A DNA stretch of 63,699 bases, filler included, from Bigelowiella natans CCMP2755 (Eukaryota; Protista; Cercozoa), in assembly GCA_000320545.1 (NCBI GenBank). It is 6 parts of 6 records of this genome, joined end to end, with 100 filler letters (N's around TTAATTAATTAA, not from the genome) between each part and the next. Parts side by side here need not be neighbours in the genome. Positions count along the whole stretch, not along the records: positions 31,301 to 50,602 come from ADNK01002655.1; positions 50,703 to 54,763 come from ADNK01002696.1; positions 54,864 to 56,711 come from ADNK01003383.1; positions 56,812 to 61,974 come from ADNK01003175.1; positions 62,075 to 63,699 come from ADNK01002328.1; 1 more part is not named here. The stretch is one strand, 5' to 3'. Position 1 is the first letter of the stretch; each line of letters begins with the position of its first letter. The notes under the pieces were generated by a model. It was not told the DNA's origin. It saw only the letters and a program-made list of their open reading frames with translations, and made no database searches. Positions 50,601-62,579 of the stretch are shown piece by piece. Made by a program: the position numbers and the translations under genes.

Positions 50601-50939
50601 TTNNNNNNNNNNNNNNNNNNNNNNNNNNNNNNNNNNNNNNNNNNNNTTAATTAATTAANNNNNNNNNNNNNNNNNNNNNNNNNNNNNNNNNNNNNNNNNN
50701 NNGCCCCCCCCCCCCCCCCCCCTTGGTATTCCCACATTTTTTAATGGTTGGGCTGCCAGAATATTGAGGTGGCGAAGTTGGGAGCCCCTCCCAAAAGAAA
50801 ACAAATCAACCTCGCAAATAATCCGGTTTTTTTTTCAATAACCAACATGTGTTGTGCCTCCCCCCTTTATTGGGGCCTTTAACCCAGAATTAACCCCCCC
50901 CCCCCCCCCCCCTTTATTCGTCGCGTTTTGCAATCGTAG

Positions 50940-51444
50940 ACGTCAAACTCAAAAGGCGCAATGCGAGGAGAGTACCGCAGTGGGTGGAGTCGGCAGGGTA
51001 ACAACAACAACAACAACAACAACAACAGATTGACCACCTTCCTCTGAGAATTTACCGCTAAGCCATTCGGGCTGCTGCTTGCTAGGCACTCATTGATTGC
51101 ATAAGTATCGACGCCAAGATCAATTCTGTTTACTACTCGCAATCGCTTTGCTGCCAGCATATTCATATATTTATATAAATATTTATATATATATATATAT
51201 ATACTTATTCTATGCATATGTACGACGTGAAAAGACACCCCTCCATCGCATAATTAGGCAAGACCGCAGAAACGATGAAAAGGGAGGAGGAGGAGGAGGA
51301 GGAGGAGGAAAGCAGTAGGGATGCTATCACCGCCACCACCAGCAAAAGCAGCAGTAAAAGCAGCATCAGAAGCATAACGTTCGAATATCCTTACTTGGTT
51401 GACAGCACAGAGACACAGGTAGCAAACTCACATTTCGGTATCGA

Positions 51445-51496
<52 letters not shown>

Positions 51497-51647
51497 ATAT
51501 ATATGTATAGTATAGATGCGTTTGTAAGTACGTTCCATACCATTCTTCTTCTTCTTCTTCTTCTTCTTCTTCTTCTTCTGATCATGGTGTTTGACGCCCT
51601 TTCTCTCTGGTTTGTATGCATATGATATTTATATTTACATATCAATA

Positions 51648-51719
<72 letters not shown>

Positions 51720-52437
51720 TGTTTATATGTGTGTGTGGCTTGTCAGGACAACACGACCTTCAACATCATCGGGAACGTGTCCTACGCTCGGGCAATGGAC
51801 GTTCAACTTGTAGACCGCCATCCATTTTCCCCAAAAAAACAACGAAAAACATGCTAAAACGCTACTACACGACACATTCAAAATGCGTGTTACTACCAAT
51901 CATCTTATGACCTCTCGCTTGTCCCCCCCCCTCGTTATTTTCCTCCTCAACCCAAACGACGCGTAGAACAAAGGCTACCGATTAGGATGGACTAATGCCA
52001 TCGAAGCTTACGCTGAGTACGTTCTGCAACAACACAACAACCTGTGATGACTATGGAGTGAGAAGAAGGGGGGGGGGGGGGGCGGCAGTGTTATACCAGC
52101 AGTTGATGATACGAAATTATGTCAAACAATATGAAGACGTTATCATACCCATGTATTGAGAAAGCTTTACCAGTATAACATTAAATATATCATCTTCCCC
52201 CTCTCTCCTCGCCAACACGGTAGATACAACCGCAGCCTCAGCAATCACACCGACATCAATCGTCAGCTTGGAAAATCATTAGAAGCATTTCGAGTCGTCA
52301 ATGCTGCTGCCACCCCCCCCCGCGCCTCCTCAAGATCGCCCTGTTTTTCCAACGAACTACGTGCCAAAGACGGCTACCTCGTGAAGAGAACGGTGATTTA
52401 TGATGATGATGGTGCTATTACAGAACCTAGCTCATGA
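50940..52437 (+). CDS. Unknown protein, 3' exons only
   Basis: AG/GT-bounded coding-like exons (DNTTFNIIGNVSYARAMDVQL; NKGYRLGWTNAIEAYAE; YNRSLSNHTD..ITEPSS*). No family recognised. Confidence 0.45.
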
Positions 52438-52659
52438 CATGTAAAGAAAATTGTGTCAATCTGCGTGTCCGTTCTGATGATTTTTATTGCGGTGGGATGT
52501 GTGCATTTTATTCATAGGATCATCCGGGTACTTGTCGGTTCCCACGTAAGCATGGATATCGCCTTAACGGGCATGAGTTGTACATCAATGAGAAATTATG
52601 GTGTTCGGAATAGCTTTTAGAATAGTTTTAGGTAATAGCACCCCTCCAAGGCTATGCTA

Positions 52660-53620
52660 TTGTTGTTTAGCACTATCCAATGAGTGGGCGCTACGCCAAC
52701 ATGCATACACTGCAATCGACGATCTACTTGAACTGATGACATGCAAGAAACACTGCAATAAATGCCCTAGATGATGCACTGAAGAAACTTTCAACGTCTA
52801 GACTGCCAAGGTCTACACAGAGATGTGCGGTCAGGTGTGTTCAGTCGCTCGTCTTCGAAGTGACATCATTGGCTCACACTTGCATGAATTTGTGATTTAT
52901 TATGCTAATATGTATTCTAGCATTGTCGTTGTGCAAAGTCTAGAAATGTGCACTGACAAATAGTAGCAAGTTCGCCTAGCTGGCTAGCCATGAGTATTAG
53001 AATAATGGTGCATTGCAAATCATCTAGACCTGCTAGCATGCTAGCTAGCGCATGGTTCACAGCATGCAATACGCTCTTGACGTAATACGTACGTCCGCTT
53101 GCTAGCATGACGCACACGCATCTAGATAGGTAGAACTACATTCTATGTTGATTCCTAGCTCTCTACAGAGCTAGCAGATGCGCATGCCCGCGCCATCGAT
53201 CATCACATCGATGAGCTTCCTAGCTTGCTTCTTTACAGCCTGCTAGCTAGCTAGCTAGCTAGGCATGCTAGCATGACATTACGCTGCTTTATTCTAGCTT
53301 ATTACATTCTTACGCTAGTACGTTTTTATAATCATGCTAGCATGCGTAGTAAACAAGCTAGCTAGACAATTAGCATTATCAGTTGCACACGCAAGCATAG
53401 CCTGACTGCAAGCATACTAGCATGTGCGCTGAAGCGATGTCGTAATTAAGGCGACTGCATCACCGTTGCCTGCTAGTCTGTGTATGCGCAGCGCGTACAG
53501 CGTGACTATTGTTATTACTACTGGCCTCTACAAACAACGAAATTTGTCGGCGCGTCTCAGCAGCCTCATAGAATTTTGTGCTAATGGTTATACTAGCTGC
53601 TTTGTGCAACGATGTTCGTA
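52660..53620. terminator. Strongest CTAG-rich convergent spacer
   Basis: About 28 CTAG in 52760-53480 against ~3 expected, including (CTAG)5 at ~53243-53262. Confidence 0.5.
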
Positions 53621-53673
53621 ACCAGCAATGTCGCTTTATGCGCACAAATGATGCCGAGGAAAAGGTAACATTT

Positions 53674-54700
53674 CTATTGTTGGTCAATGACTACGACATC
53701 GGAAATTCCGCCTTCCCCGTCAGCGATCTTCTTAATGAGAATGTCCCCAACCTGGCGAAAAGACGTGGGATGCAATTATGTGTCGGAACATGGTGATAAA
53801 TTTCGAAACAATTCAACGGTTAACGATGCTAAGGAGTATTATCACCATATTTGCGACGTCCCAACCGTTGACAAAAGCATCGCCCATGTCGAACTGAAAT
53901 AAAATCCGGAGTTATACAAGAAGAAATAAAATATAAATACACAAATCTAGAAACGTACAAATACATGTGTGTGCGTCAAATATGTGGTGTGGTGTGATGT
54001 ATGCTTATCAAACAGGGGTTTTAAGTTCTATTCCGTGACATTCACCACCTGTTTACGATCCGAGAGAACTCCGCCGATCTCCAACATCTTTTTATTTGTG
54101 TTAGCGACACAGCTGTCGTTATTATTCTACAAAATTTTAAAGAAGATAATCTTCCCTCCCGCACACCCCCCTCCCCTCCCCACGCCCTTTCGTAACCATG
54201 AGGGTGACGTCGTTGATCCCCTCTTCCCGAAACTTGATATACAATCTAATCGATGCAAAATAGGACAGAATCAAGTTTCAAGTGATTTCAAAACGAAGAT
54301 GGTGTATGTGCGCGCAGCTGTGCCGGGGTGCTGAGGGGAGGGGGCGACAACTGTAAGACCTTTCCACTTCAGATCCAATGGTACCATGTACTGCCTGCTC
54401 AACCCATTCCTTTGAAAGGTACACAAGTGTGAAGGGCAATAAGTGACTTGAGAATCACGCAATTCGTTTAGATATATTGCCGTGTATTATGCAGATCCAG
54501 GGGTTTCTGCAATATACTATGTTTCTTTGAATCCACTATTTTGTTGAAAGTTAACAGTTGATTGTCAACTATGAGAAGCACACAGCTTCTTGCTGGCCAT
54601 CCCTCTTAATTAAAAGTGGTTACGTCGTACGGTACTAGTTGTCCGACGACGACGACGTCGTTTGCGCCCCGGTAAATTGATTCCGATACCGAATCTCAGA
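53674..54700 (-). CDS. Conserved uncharacterised cyanobacterial/plastid-type protein, 3' exons
   Basis: Exons LSKEWVEQAVHGTIGSEVER|LYIKFREEGINDVTLMVTK|..FDMGDAFVNGWDVANM|VGDILIKK..IDQQ* (stop 53674-53676). They resemble the WLDxEWxxQxVHxxIG..R.EG.ND..FDF..AFV..FDVAN family of cyanobacteria, algae and plants (recalled, not searched). Confidence 0.65.
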
Positions 54701-55499
54701 CATAAAATTCATACTCCCCAAACCCACGTGTGTTTGCATTCATTTGTCGCCCCCCCCCCCCCCNNNNNNNNNNNNNNNNNNNNNNNNNNNNNNNNNNNNN
54801 NNNNNNNTTAATTAATTAANNNNNNNNNNNNNNNNNNNNNNNNNNNNNNNNNNNNNNNNNNNNTGTGTGTGTGTGTGTGTGTGCGCGCGCCCATGCCGAC
54901 GATATACCGATGAGAAAGGAGCAAAGCAGCACTGATTTGTCCCCGTAGCTTCCTTTGCGATTTTCCAACACGTACCTGTGTTTAACACGTTCATAACAAT
55001 GATAATATGCACACAACAAGAATAACCAAAAAATAAAGAGGGAAAGGGAGGTAGAATTACGAATACTAGTACGAATACTTCCCTCCCCTCCCCCCTCCCC
55101 CCCCTCTCTCTCTCCCTTACTACCATGGATCTGCCCAAACCATCGTGGTGCTCAATGTATTCTCATGCCGCAGAGAATCATCCAAGTACTAATCGGCATC
55201 AAGCAAATATAGTAGTAACAAAAGAGGGTAACGAAGGTGAAAAGTCTCATATAAAAGGCCTCGGCTATGTACATCGGAAATGCCACTCTATCATGCGCAC
55301 TATGGTGTTTCACTCTCTCCCCTCTCATTTGATTATCATAAGTATATATTCAGTTTGGTGGCGACGCGCACCTTCCTCGCCTCAATGTTGTCTTGATTTA
55401 GATGCTGCAGCGAGTAGACAAAGTGCAAGACCTAGGGCAGTTTTTCGTTGGTGCGTGAAAGGAGGTCACGGGAAGAGAGGGGGGGGGGGCGGAGGTTCC

Positions 55500-56070
55500 A
55501 AAACTGATTGAAAATGACACGTACATCGCTTGGATGCCGCAAGCTCTTTGGAGGGCAGACTCGAGACACAAACGTATTGAGAAGGTAGGTTCCTGAAAAT
55601 AAAAAGAGAGATTTATTATTGTTATTGTTGTTGTGACGAGGAAGAGAGATGGCGTGAATGAGTGGTTGCTCCTCTCCATCTCAACGAAGAGGCCGAGCAA
55701 TGCAATGCAGGTTGGCGGTGCTCATCAGCTGCACGAAGTACAGCTTGGAACGTTGCTTTGAGTTGGCCAAAGCAGCATATTGCAACCGTATGTGTCTCTA
55801 GTACAGATCTTCCCTGCTTTCTTCTTCTTCTTCTTCCCATTTATCGTATTCTACTTATCGTCCCCCCCCTCCTCTCCTCCCCTCCTCCTCCTCCTCCTAC
55901 TACTACTATTGCATCTGGTGCTCATTAGGGAGGAGGCTACTCCAACTACTATTACTACTACTACTACAACTACTCCACCTCCTGAGAACTTGTCAATTCC
56001 GACAAACGAGAAATGTCGGTCACGTTCCATTCGAAACCTTGTATTGTTATCATCATGGCCGTCATCATTG

Positions 56071-56102
<32 letters not shown>

Positions 56103-56679
56103 GTGTCGTTCAGATGTAGCAGCGTAGCCGCCGTCGCTAGCACCTTTTCAGACGCCTTATGACTGTGATGAGAGAGAGGTCCCACGACTTGAGCATCCTA
56201 TATGTTGTCATCGGCACAGCACAAAGGGGGTGGGGGGGGGGGGGGGAGAGATGATGAAGTTTGATGGAAGTAACCGATGAACCTCTACTTTACCGTGGCA
56301 GTACCTCTTGAGTCTCTTTACATCTTCGGAGTCTTGACGTTTCTTGGGAGGAATAAGGGCGATGGCCGCTGGGGGGGGTGGGGGGGGTGGGATGTTGTAG
56401 TAGTAATAGTAGTAGTAGTAGTAGTAGTAGTAGTGGAGAAGGATAGAAAAAATGTTAGTGCTCTGTACACGTGAGGGGGGAAAGATACACAGTACATGGC
56501 TATCATGTCTCTGTTGTGCATTGGTTAGACGAATCACGGTGATTGCGTCAGTGCGGTACCTTTCTTCTTCTTCTTCTTCTTCCTGCTTGATATCACCATT
56601 GTCAATCAAAACACATGAAGGAAGAGAGGGAAAAACGCATTATTTATCATCACATGACAATCTTTGCCTCATGAAAACA

Positions 56680-56711
<32 letters not shown>

Positions 56712-57234
56712 NNNNNNNNNNNNNNNNNNNNNNNNNNNNNNNNNNNNNNNNNNNNTTAATTAATTAANNNNNNNNNNNNNNNNNNNNNNNNNNNNNNNNN
56801 NNNNNNNNNNNCAGGACAGGAAGATAGAAATGTTGTTTGTCAGCCGGCATCAAGGGGTACTTATGGTGGTCGAGGAGCCCCCTCTAGCCGAGTTCTATGC
56901 AGATCCTCCTTGATAACTTCTGCTGCGGCGTTTCTGCAGACATGAGGAGAGCAACGACATCGAATTTGATCATAATGCTACACCAAGAACTACATTCTTC
57001 ATCGCGTTCGATTTAGCGGTGTGAATAGTTGGAGAGGGTGAAGGTGATGGCGATGCTGATTTCCAAAACCCAAGGACAGAGGGCCCGGCCCTACCAGCAG
57101 GAAAGAGGCTAGGACCCTTAGTAACTGTTCGGAGCACAAACAAGGTGATTCCCGTCCTTAACATGAAAAGAAAAGCCCTTTGGCCATAGATAGAAAAACC
57201 ATTTCCCAATTTTTACCCCCCCCCCTTTTCCCTC

Positions 57235-57284
<50 letters not shown>

Positions 57285-57655
57285 TTCTGACATCCTCGCT
57301 GCCATCTCACTATCATAACGAATCAGTCACTAGTGCGACCAGGCGTTCTTCTTGGTTTTTATCTTTTGCTGGGTATTCCACTCGCCCCCGGCCGCTCTCC
57401 ATTGCAGCGTCATTTCGGAGCTGATGGCAAGCTCAAAGTTGGCGAGGGAGGCGGAGGAGGAGCACCCGCTGCTACCGCTGCTAGCAGCGTGCATTGACGA
57501 AGATGATGGTGATGACAGAAGCCTGGCCAACGTGTGTCTGCGCTCCTCGGTAGGTCGGTTCTTTCTCTCAGCATCATCCCTCCGACGCCTGTTTCGCAGT
57601 GCCATCGTGTGTTGTTGCGTGGTCAGTGGTTGGTATGTGAAAGTGTGCTTTTTCC

Positions 57656-57728
<73 letters not shown>

Positions 57729-58040
57729 CGTCTTCCGACGACTCACTTTCTGCTTCTCTTCGCTCTTGGGAAGCCGGATGCAATCATGAACCAGAAGGCC
57801 ACCGTGAAGGACGCCTCCGACTCCACGATGCTTGCTGCGATCTGATGAGGCGCGACGTGTTTCGCGCATCCCAAGCCCCTCCCCAGCAGCAGCGCGTGCT
57901 GCAGGGGGCTCTCCAGTGTACCCTGCCTGCCCTCAGCCGCTCCCAGGCCCATGATTCCTGGCACCTGAAAGGAAAAAACGAATGAGCTGACGGTTTCCTT
58001 GTATAGCACAGCTTCATTTTCTACGACCTTACTACTACTG

Positions 58041-58075
<35 letters not shown>

Positions 58076-59235
58076 GAACCGCACTAGTTTGCCAGCCCCC
58101 GCTACTATCTGCAGGCCTCCACCACCGCCCTCCTCCGGGACCGCAGGTGTCGCCGCCTCTCCATCCAGAAGCTCAGCAAACTTCCAGATGCCGAGGATAT
58201 TCGGGCTAGAATGGGGCCGAACCACCTCCGACTGAATCCATTGCTGCATAATCAGCTTCTTCCCTGATCTCGAGGGGCATGAGCCGTGCAGAGATAGCTC
58301 ATCGATCTCTCCATCAGTGTCAGTGTTGTAGAACAGCACGCCCCGGCCAGCAACGGCCGACACTTTGAGTGCGCCGCTGCCAGGGCTGCAGACGGCCTCC
58401 AAGTCATACGCCGCTTCCTCGTCGTTCCTGTATCGATGATGCGTTCTCGGAAAGAAGGTCTCCCCTCCATCCTCTATCGTATTGAGGTAAAGGAGGAAGC
58501 TGGCCGCTCGCGGGACGTCCTCTTTTGGATCAAGGTGGGCGGTGTAGAACCCGCCCTTCTTGTATAGCTGGAACTGCATTGCCTCGCCATTCTCAATTGG
58601 AACGTGGCTGGCCGCTGCGATTCGCCGCTTGACACGCATCACTACAGGGTCTCGTAGCTCTTCCATCGAGTTCAGGAACTTCACCACGGACCTGCGCTTG
58701 TTCTTGCGGTTGCTGAACGTTTTGGCGCTCTGAGAGGCGTTTATTAAAAAAGAAAAAGGGGGGGGGGGGACAATCATTTCTTCTATTTCCACTCAGGGGG
58801 TTGGGTAGCGAATTCTTAGAGGGACATTAAGACGTATCGAACAGAAACGCGTACCTTCCACTTCAACGTCTTCGCCTTGCTCTTGAGTCGTGCAAGTTCA
58901 GATGGGGTGATAAAGTTATCGTACACAATCACACGGGGCTTCCAGCTGACAACCCTCCCCTGTGGCGGTGCCTCTGTGCACGAGGCGCCTTCACCCGGAT
59001 AGACTAGAGAGCACGTATTATCAGCGCTACATCGTACCACCGCGTGGATGCATAGGATCATCAGTGTCGCGTAACGAATCGTGGACGTTGACGACGACGA
59101 CGACGACGGCGTTCTTATCCGGGGAAGGGCAGCCCCCAAGACCCGCACTAAAGAAGAAAAACCAAGATTCACGAGATGGAAGGGTTGGTAGGTTTTATGT
59201 GTGACTACGGAACACGTACCTCCGTGAAAGCTCAT
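55500..59235 (-). CDS. Prolyl 4-hydroxylase-like 2OG-Fe(II) oxygenase with long C-terminal extension; 3' exons cross a gap and are uncertain
   Basis: VVSWKPRVIVYDNFIT..E, GEAMQFQLYKKGGFYTAHLD (HxD), FLLYLNTIEDGGETFFP, GRGVLFYN, SLHGSCP..GKKLIMQQWI. Confidence 0.85.
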
Positions 59236-59579
59236 GGCCTCTCTCTCTCTCTCTCTCTCTCTTCCTGCCCTGCCCTGCCCAGCCCCTTCCGAGGAGATCT
59301 GTCCCAACGCAAATCTCGAAAAATCTCGTGTGGAAAACTATCCCGAAATTCATCGGAATGCATAGTTTTAAAATCCCGCGACATCGAATTTCGCCAGACG
59401 CTGTTCGAATGTCGACAACAGCGGGGATGTCCCGTCTGCGACATGAAATATATGGAGTTTTCCCAAGCCGAAGGGGCCTATAACCTCCTTCGGGCCGATC
59501 GGAAGCTAGAAAGCCCTCTTTTCTTAGTGCACAGCGATCGGCGCTTACTGCCCGTCCGACCCCCAACCCCAGTACCCCC

Positions 59580-60005
59580 ATGTCGATGTTCCTCTTGTCT
59601 ACTGGCCAGGCCCTCCTCGGGTTTGCTGCTCTGACTTTCGCGCACATCCCGATCATTCTCGCCAACCGCTCCTACCTCATCCACACCGGCCAGCGGAAGC
59701 CCAACCAGTTTGAGAAATCGAGGAGCGGCTCAGAGAACACGTTCGCGTCGCGGGTGGGGATGGCCCATGCCAACTGTGTAGAGAATCTTGTGTTATTTGC
59801 ATCTGTGTTGCTTTGCAACCGTGGGTACGGGGGCGCTCAGCTGGACACGCTGGCATCGTACTACCTGTACGCGAGAATCTGCCAATCCGTCACTCATTGG
59901 ATCTCTGTGAGCGAGACTGCCATCGTAATTCGCTTCCTGTTTTTCTTGCCGCAGATTGTGATTCTAGCAATTATGGGGTACAAAACTTTCATTACTCTGC
60001 GCTAG
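59580..60005 (+). CDS. MAPEG-family membrane protein, intronless
   Basis: 141-aa hydrophobic ORF with R...AHANCVENLVLFA and YLYARICQS motifs typical of MAPEG. Confidence 0.85.
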   Translation: MSMFLLSTGQALLGFAALTFAHIPIILANRSYLIHTGQRKPNQFEKSRSGSENTFASRVGMAHANCVENLVLFASVLLCNRGYGGAQLDTLASYYLYARICQSVTHWISVSETAIVIRFLFFLPQIVILAIMGYKTFITLR

Positions 60006-60229
60006 TGAAGGAACTTGCCACCATTGGGCATTGATGTACATTCATGTATGAGTGCAATGATACCACGCACAATTTCAGTCCATACGACATGATCTTTTAT
60101 TTCTATTGTTTACTATAGACAAAGTATATATTATTATCATATATATCATATACATTATATATATTATATATATCATATATACGTATGTCTATTGTTTTTC
60201 TTGGAATATTTTAGCTCTAACAATTTGGT

Positions 60230-60600
60230 GATGCACTTCTCGTTTGCATGATACAAATGCATGGGAAGCTTGTATGTGATATATGTAAGAATGAATGGCT
60301 GATCATCAGCAGGATGCTACTGTTAGCTACTTAGGCCTCCACATTGCATGTACACGCACGCAGTAGGTGTCCTACAATGCAAGTAGGCTGCTGCAGCGCG
60401 AGCGAATGCACTAAGACACATGCTAGCATGCTAAGTGATTTTGTGGCGGCGGCAGCAGTTAATTGACTGCGTGCATGCCATGCTCGCGAACTTGTGCAAA
60501 TATTGTCAACTTTGATGGACAATGGCAATGTAAACAAACCGCATGGAATTGCTCGATGCCCATGCTTTCCAATAGCTTCTGTCTCAATGATCTAGATGAT
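60230..60600. terminator. CATG/TGCA-rich spacer between convergent MAPEG and thiolase (weak CTAG)
   Basis: Same sequence texture (catgctagcatgc, gcatgccatgc) but only ~2 CTAG. Confidence 0.3.
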
Positions 60601-60695
60601 TCTTGTCCGTCCTTCTCACGGCACTCGCTCTACCTTCCTTCGTCTGTTTGTGTGTATATCCGACATTCGTGAATCTGATCGGTGCATAGCTTCGC

Positions 60696-61114
60696 TTAAT
60701 TTTCCCTGCGCTCCAGGATCATTACCCCTCCGATGCCTATAGATTGTATGGTTTAGTTCAGTCAGGGCCCCGTCATCGAAAGAAGGAAGGGGCGGGTAGA
60801 GAGGAAAAAAAAGAGTGAGATTGTGGGCATGGGAAGGGGCGAGGAGGTGGGGAGAGAGAGAGAGAGAGAGAGGAGCATAAAGAAGCAAGTGTCAAGTAAT
60901 ATAGTCTTCCAACTATGGTAACCTAAATCTACAACCCTCCACCCCCCTTTTAAGACAAAAAAGGAAAATCAACAATGCTTGAGGCCCAACGACCCATCAA
61001 CCTCCAGCGGCGCAGATGGACAATAGTGCGTATCGCTTCCCAGTTTTTCGCAGCAGGTTGGCTTTTTTGATGATGGGAGGGGGGTGGCAGGGGAAATATC
61101 AGTACATCTTCATT

Positions 61115-61148
<34 letters not shown>

Positions 61149-61595
61149 TCATCATCATAGCATAATGAATAACTACCTGCGGTTGTGACGAGTCGTCCTC
61201 CAGTCGCTGCGAAAGGATGGCCGATTGCGATGGACCCTCCATTCAGATTGACCTTTGAAGAAAAAAGTAAGAAGAAGAAGAAGAAGGAGTAGAGGAGGAG
61301 GAGGAGGAGGAGGAGGAGGAGGAACGATAACAATCAGTCTTTTTACTTGTAGCCGTATGGACGCATGAATGCATGCATACATAATGTGCGCGCGCGTGTG
61401 CGTGTGCGTGTATGTATATGTGTGTATGTGTGTATGTGTGTGTGTAGATACTGCGAAAGCAGCATGGAATGTCGGAGGGCGATGCGAGACCTTTTCGAGT
61501 GGGACCGAGCCGACGGGTGTGTCCCTGCCTAAGAACGCTCTGGCAAACTCTTTCGATTCAAGCACTTTGAGCGTTGCAAGCACCTACACGCAAAT

Positions 61596-61633
<38 letters not shown>

Positions 61634-61664
61634 TATATACAATTTGCAGATAGATATAGAGATA

Positions 61665-61711
<47 letters not shown>

Positions 61712-61880
61712 AATGTATATAAAATATTTACATATATCTGCACATATACTATATTCTAATATATGTAGTGTATTTATACATGTAGAAAGTAAGCGGCCCA
61801 CCTGTGCTGCGAAGGCTTCGTGAATCTCGAAGATATCTATATCATCGAGCGACAGTCCAGCCTTCTCCAGGCACCTAGCG
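60696..61880 (-). CDS. 3-ketoacyl-CoA thiolase (HADHB/trifunctional-enzyme beta-like), C-terminal exons
   Basis: CLEKAGLSLDDIDIFEIHEAFAAQ|VLATLK..|VNLNGGSIAIGHPFAATGGRL|..LSICAAGG|IGGVMILER..N*. HEAF, GHP and CAAGG mark the trifunctional-enzyme-type thiolase. Confidence 0.92.
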
Positions 61881-62121
61881 GGTCATTGTAAGGGTATCAG
61901 TAAGGGTATCACCCATCAGTCACCCGGAGATATATGGGGGGGCACACACACACACGCACACGCACACACACATANNNNNNNNNNNNNNNNNNNNNNNNNN
62001 NNNNNNNNNNNNNNNNNNTTAATTAATTAANNNNNNNNNNNNNNNNNNNNNNNNNNNNNNNNNNNNNNNNNNNNTCGGCCGCAATTTTGACACAGACCCG
62101 TAAGAAAAATCTGGTTTCCTT

Positions 62122-62160
<39 letters not shown>

Positions 62161-62579
62161 CCTCTCTTTATGTGCGACCAACACGCTGCACGTTGCAAGA
62201 GTGCTAAAGCAAACAATACATCTATGGCAGAGATTATGATGGGCCGGGTACTGTGGCGACCTTTTCGAATGTCCAAGCCGTTCTATCTGATCCACGAGAT
62301 CCGTATCGAATCTATATCGGCTCGAGACCGGTAGGAGGAGAAGTGAAGATATAAGATAAGGCGATGGAGGAAGCTATGCCATGAACATTTTCACATGTGT
62401 GTGTGTGTGGGTGTGTGAGTGTGGGTGTGTGAGTGTGGGTGTGTGGGTGGGTGTGGGTATGTTTGCCAGTGTGTTAGTGTGATTTATAGAATCCAAGTCA
62501 TTTCCTTGGATTAATTATTTCTTTCTTTGTTTGCTCGTGTGCGCTTGTTGTGTTTTGACATTTCTATGATGGGTCTTTC

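Larger units (their letters stand above)
49281..50602 (-). mobile_element. 3' end of a Ty3/gypsy-like LTR retrotransposon (integrase, PPT, 3' LTR), truncated by the assembly gap
   Basis: Integrase ORF, then purine tract GGGGGAGG (49600-49593) directly followed by TGTAGCG. Candidate LTR 49592-49281 has TG...CA termini and AATAAA motifs on the minus strand. Confidence 0.8.

Noticed and set aside
50703-50915. Poly-C/poly-T-rich sequence next to gaps (also 31070-31200, 63300-63699) and poly-G runs as G-quadruplex elements
   Set aside because: They look like low-quality read ends after homopolymers; lengths and frames are unreliable.
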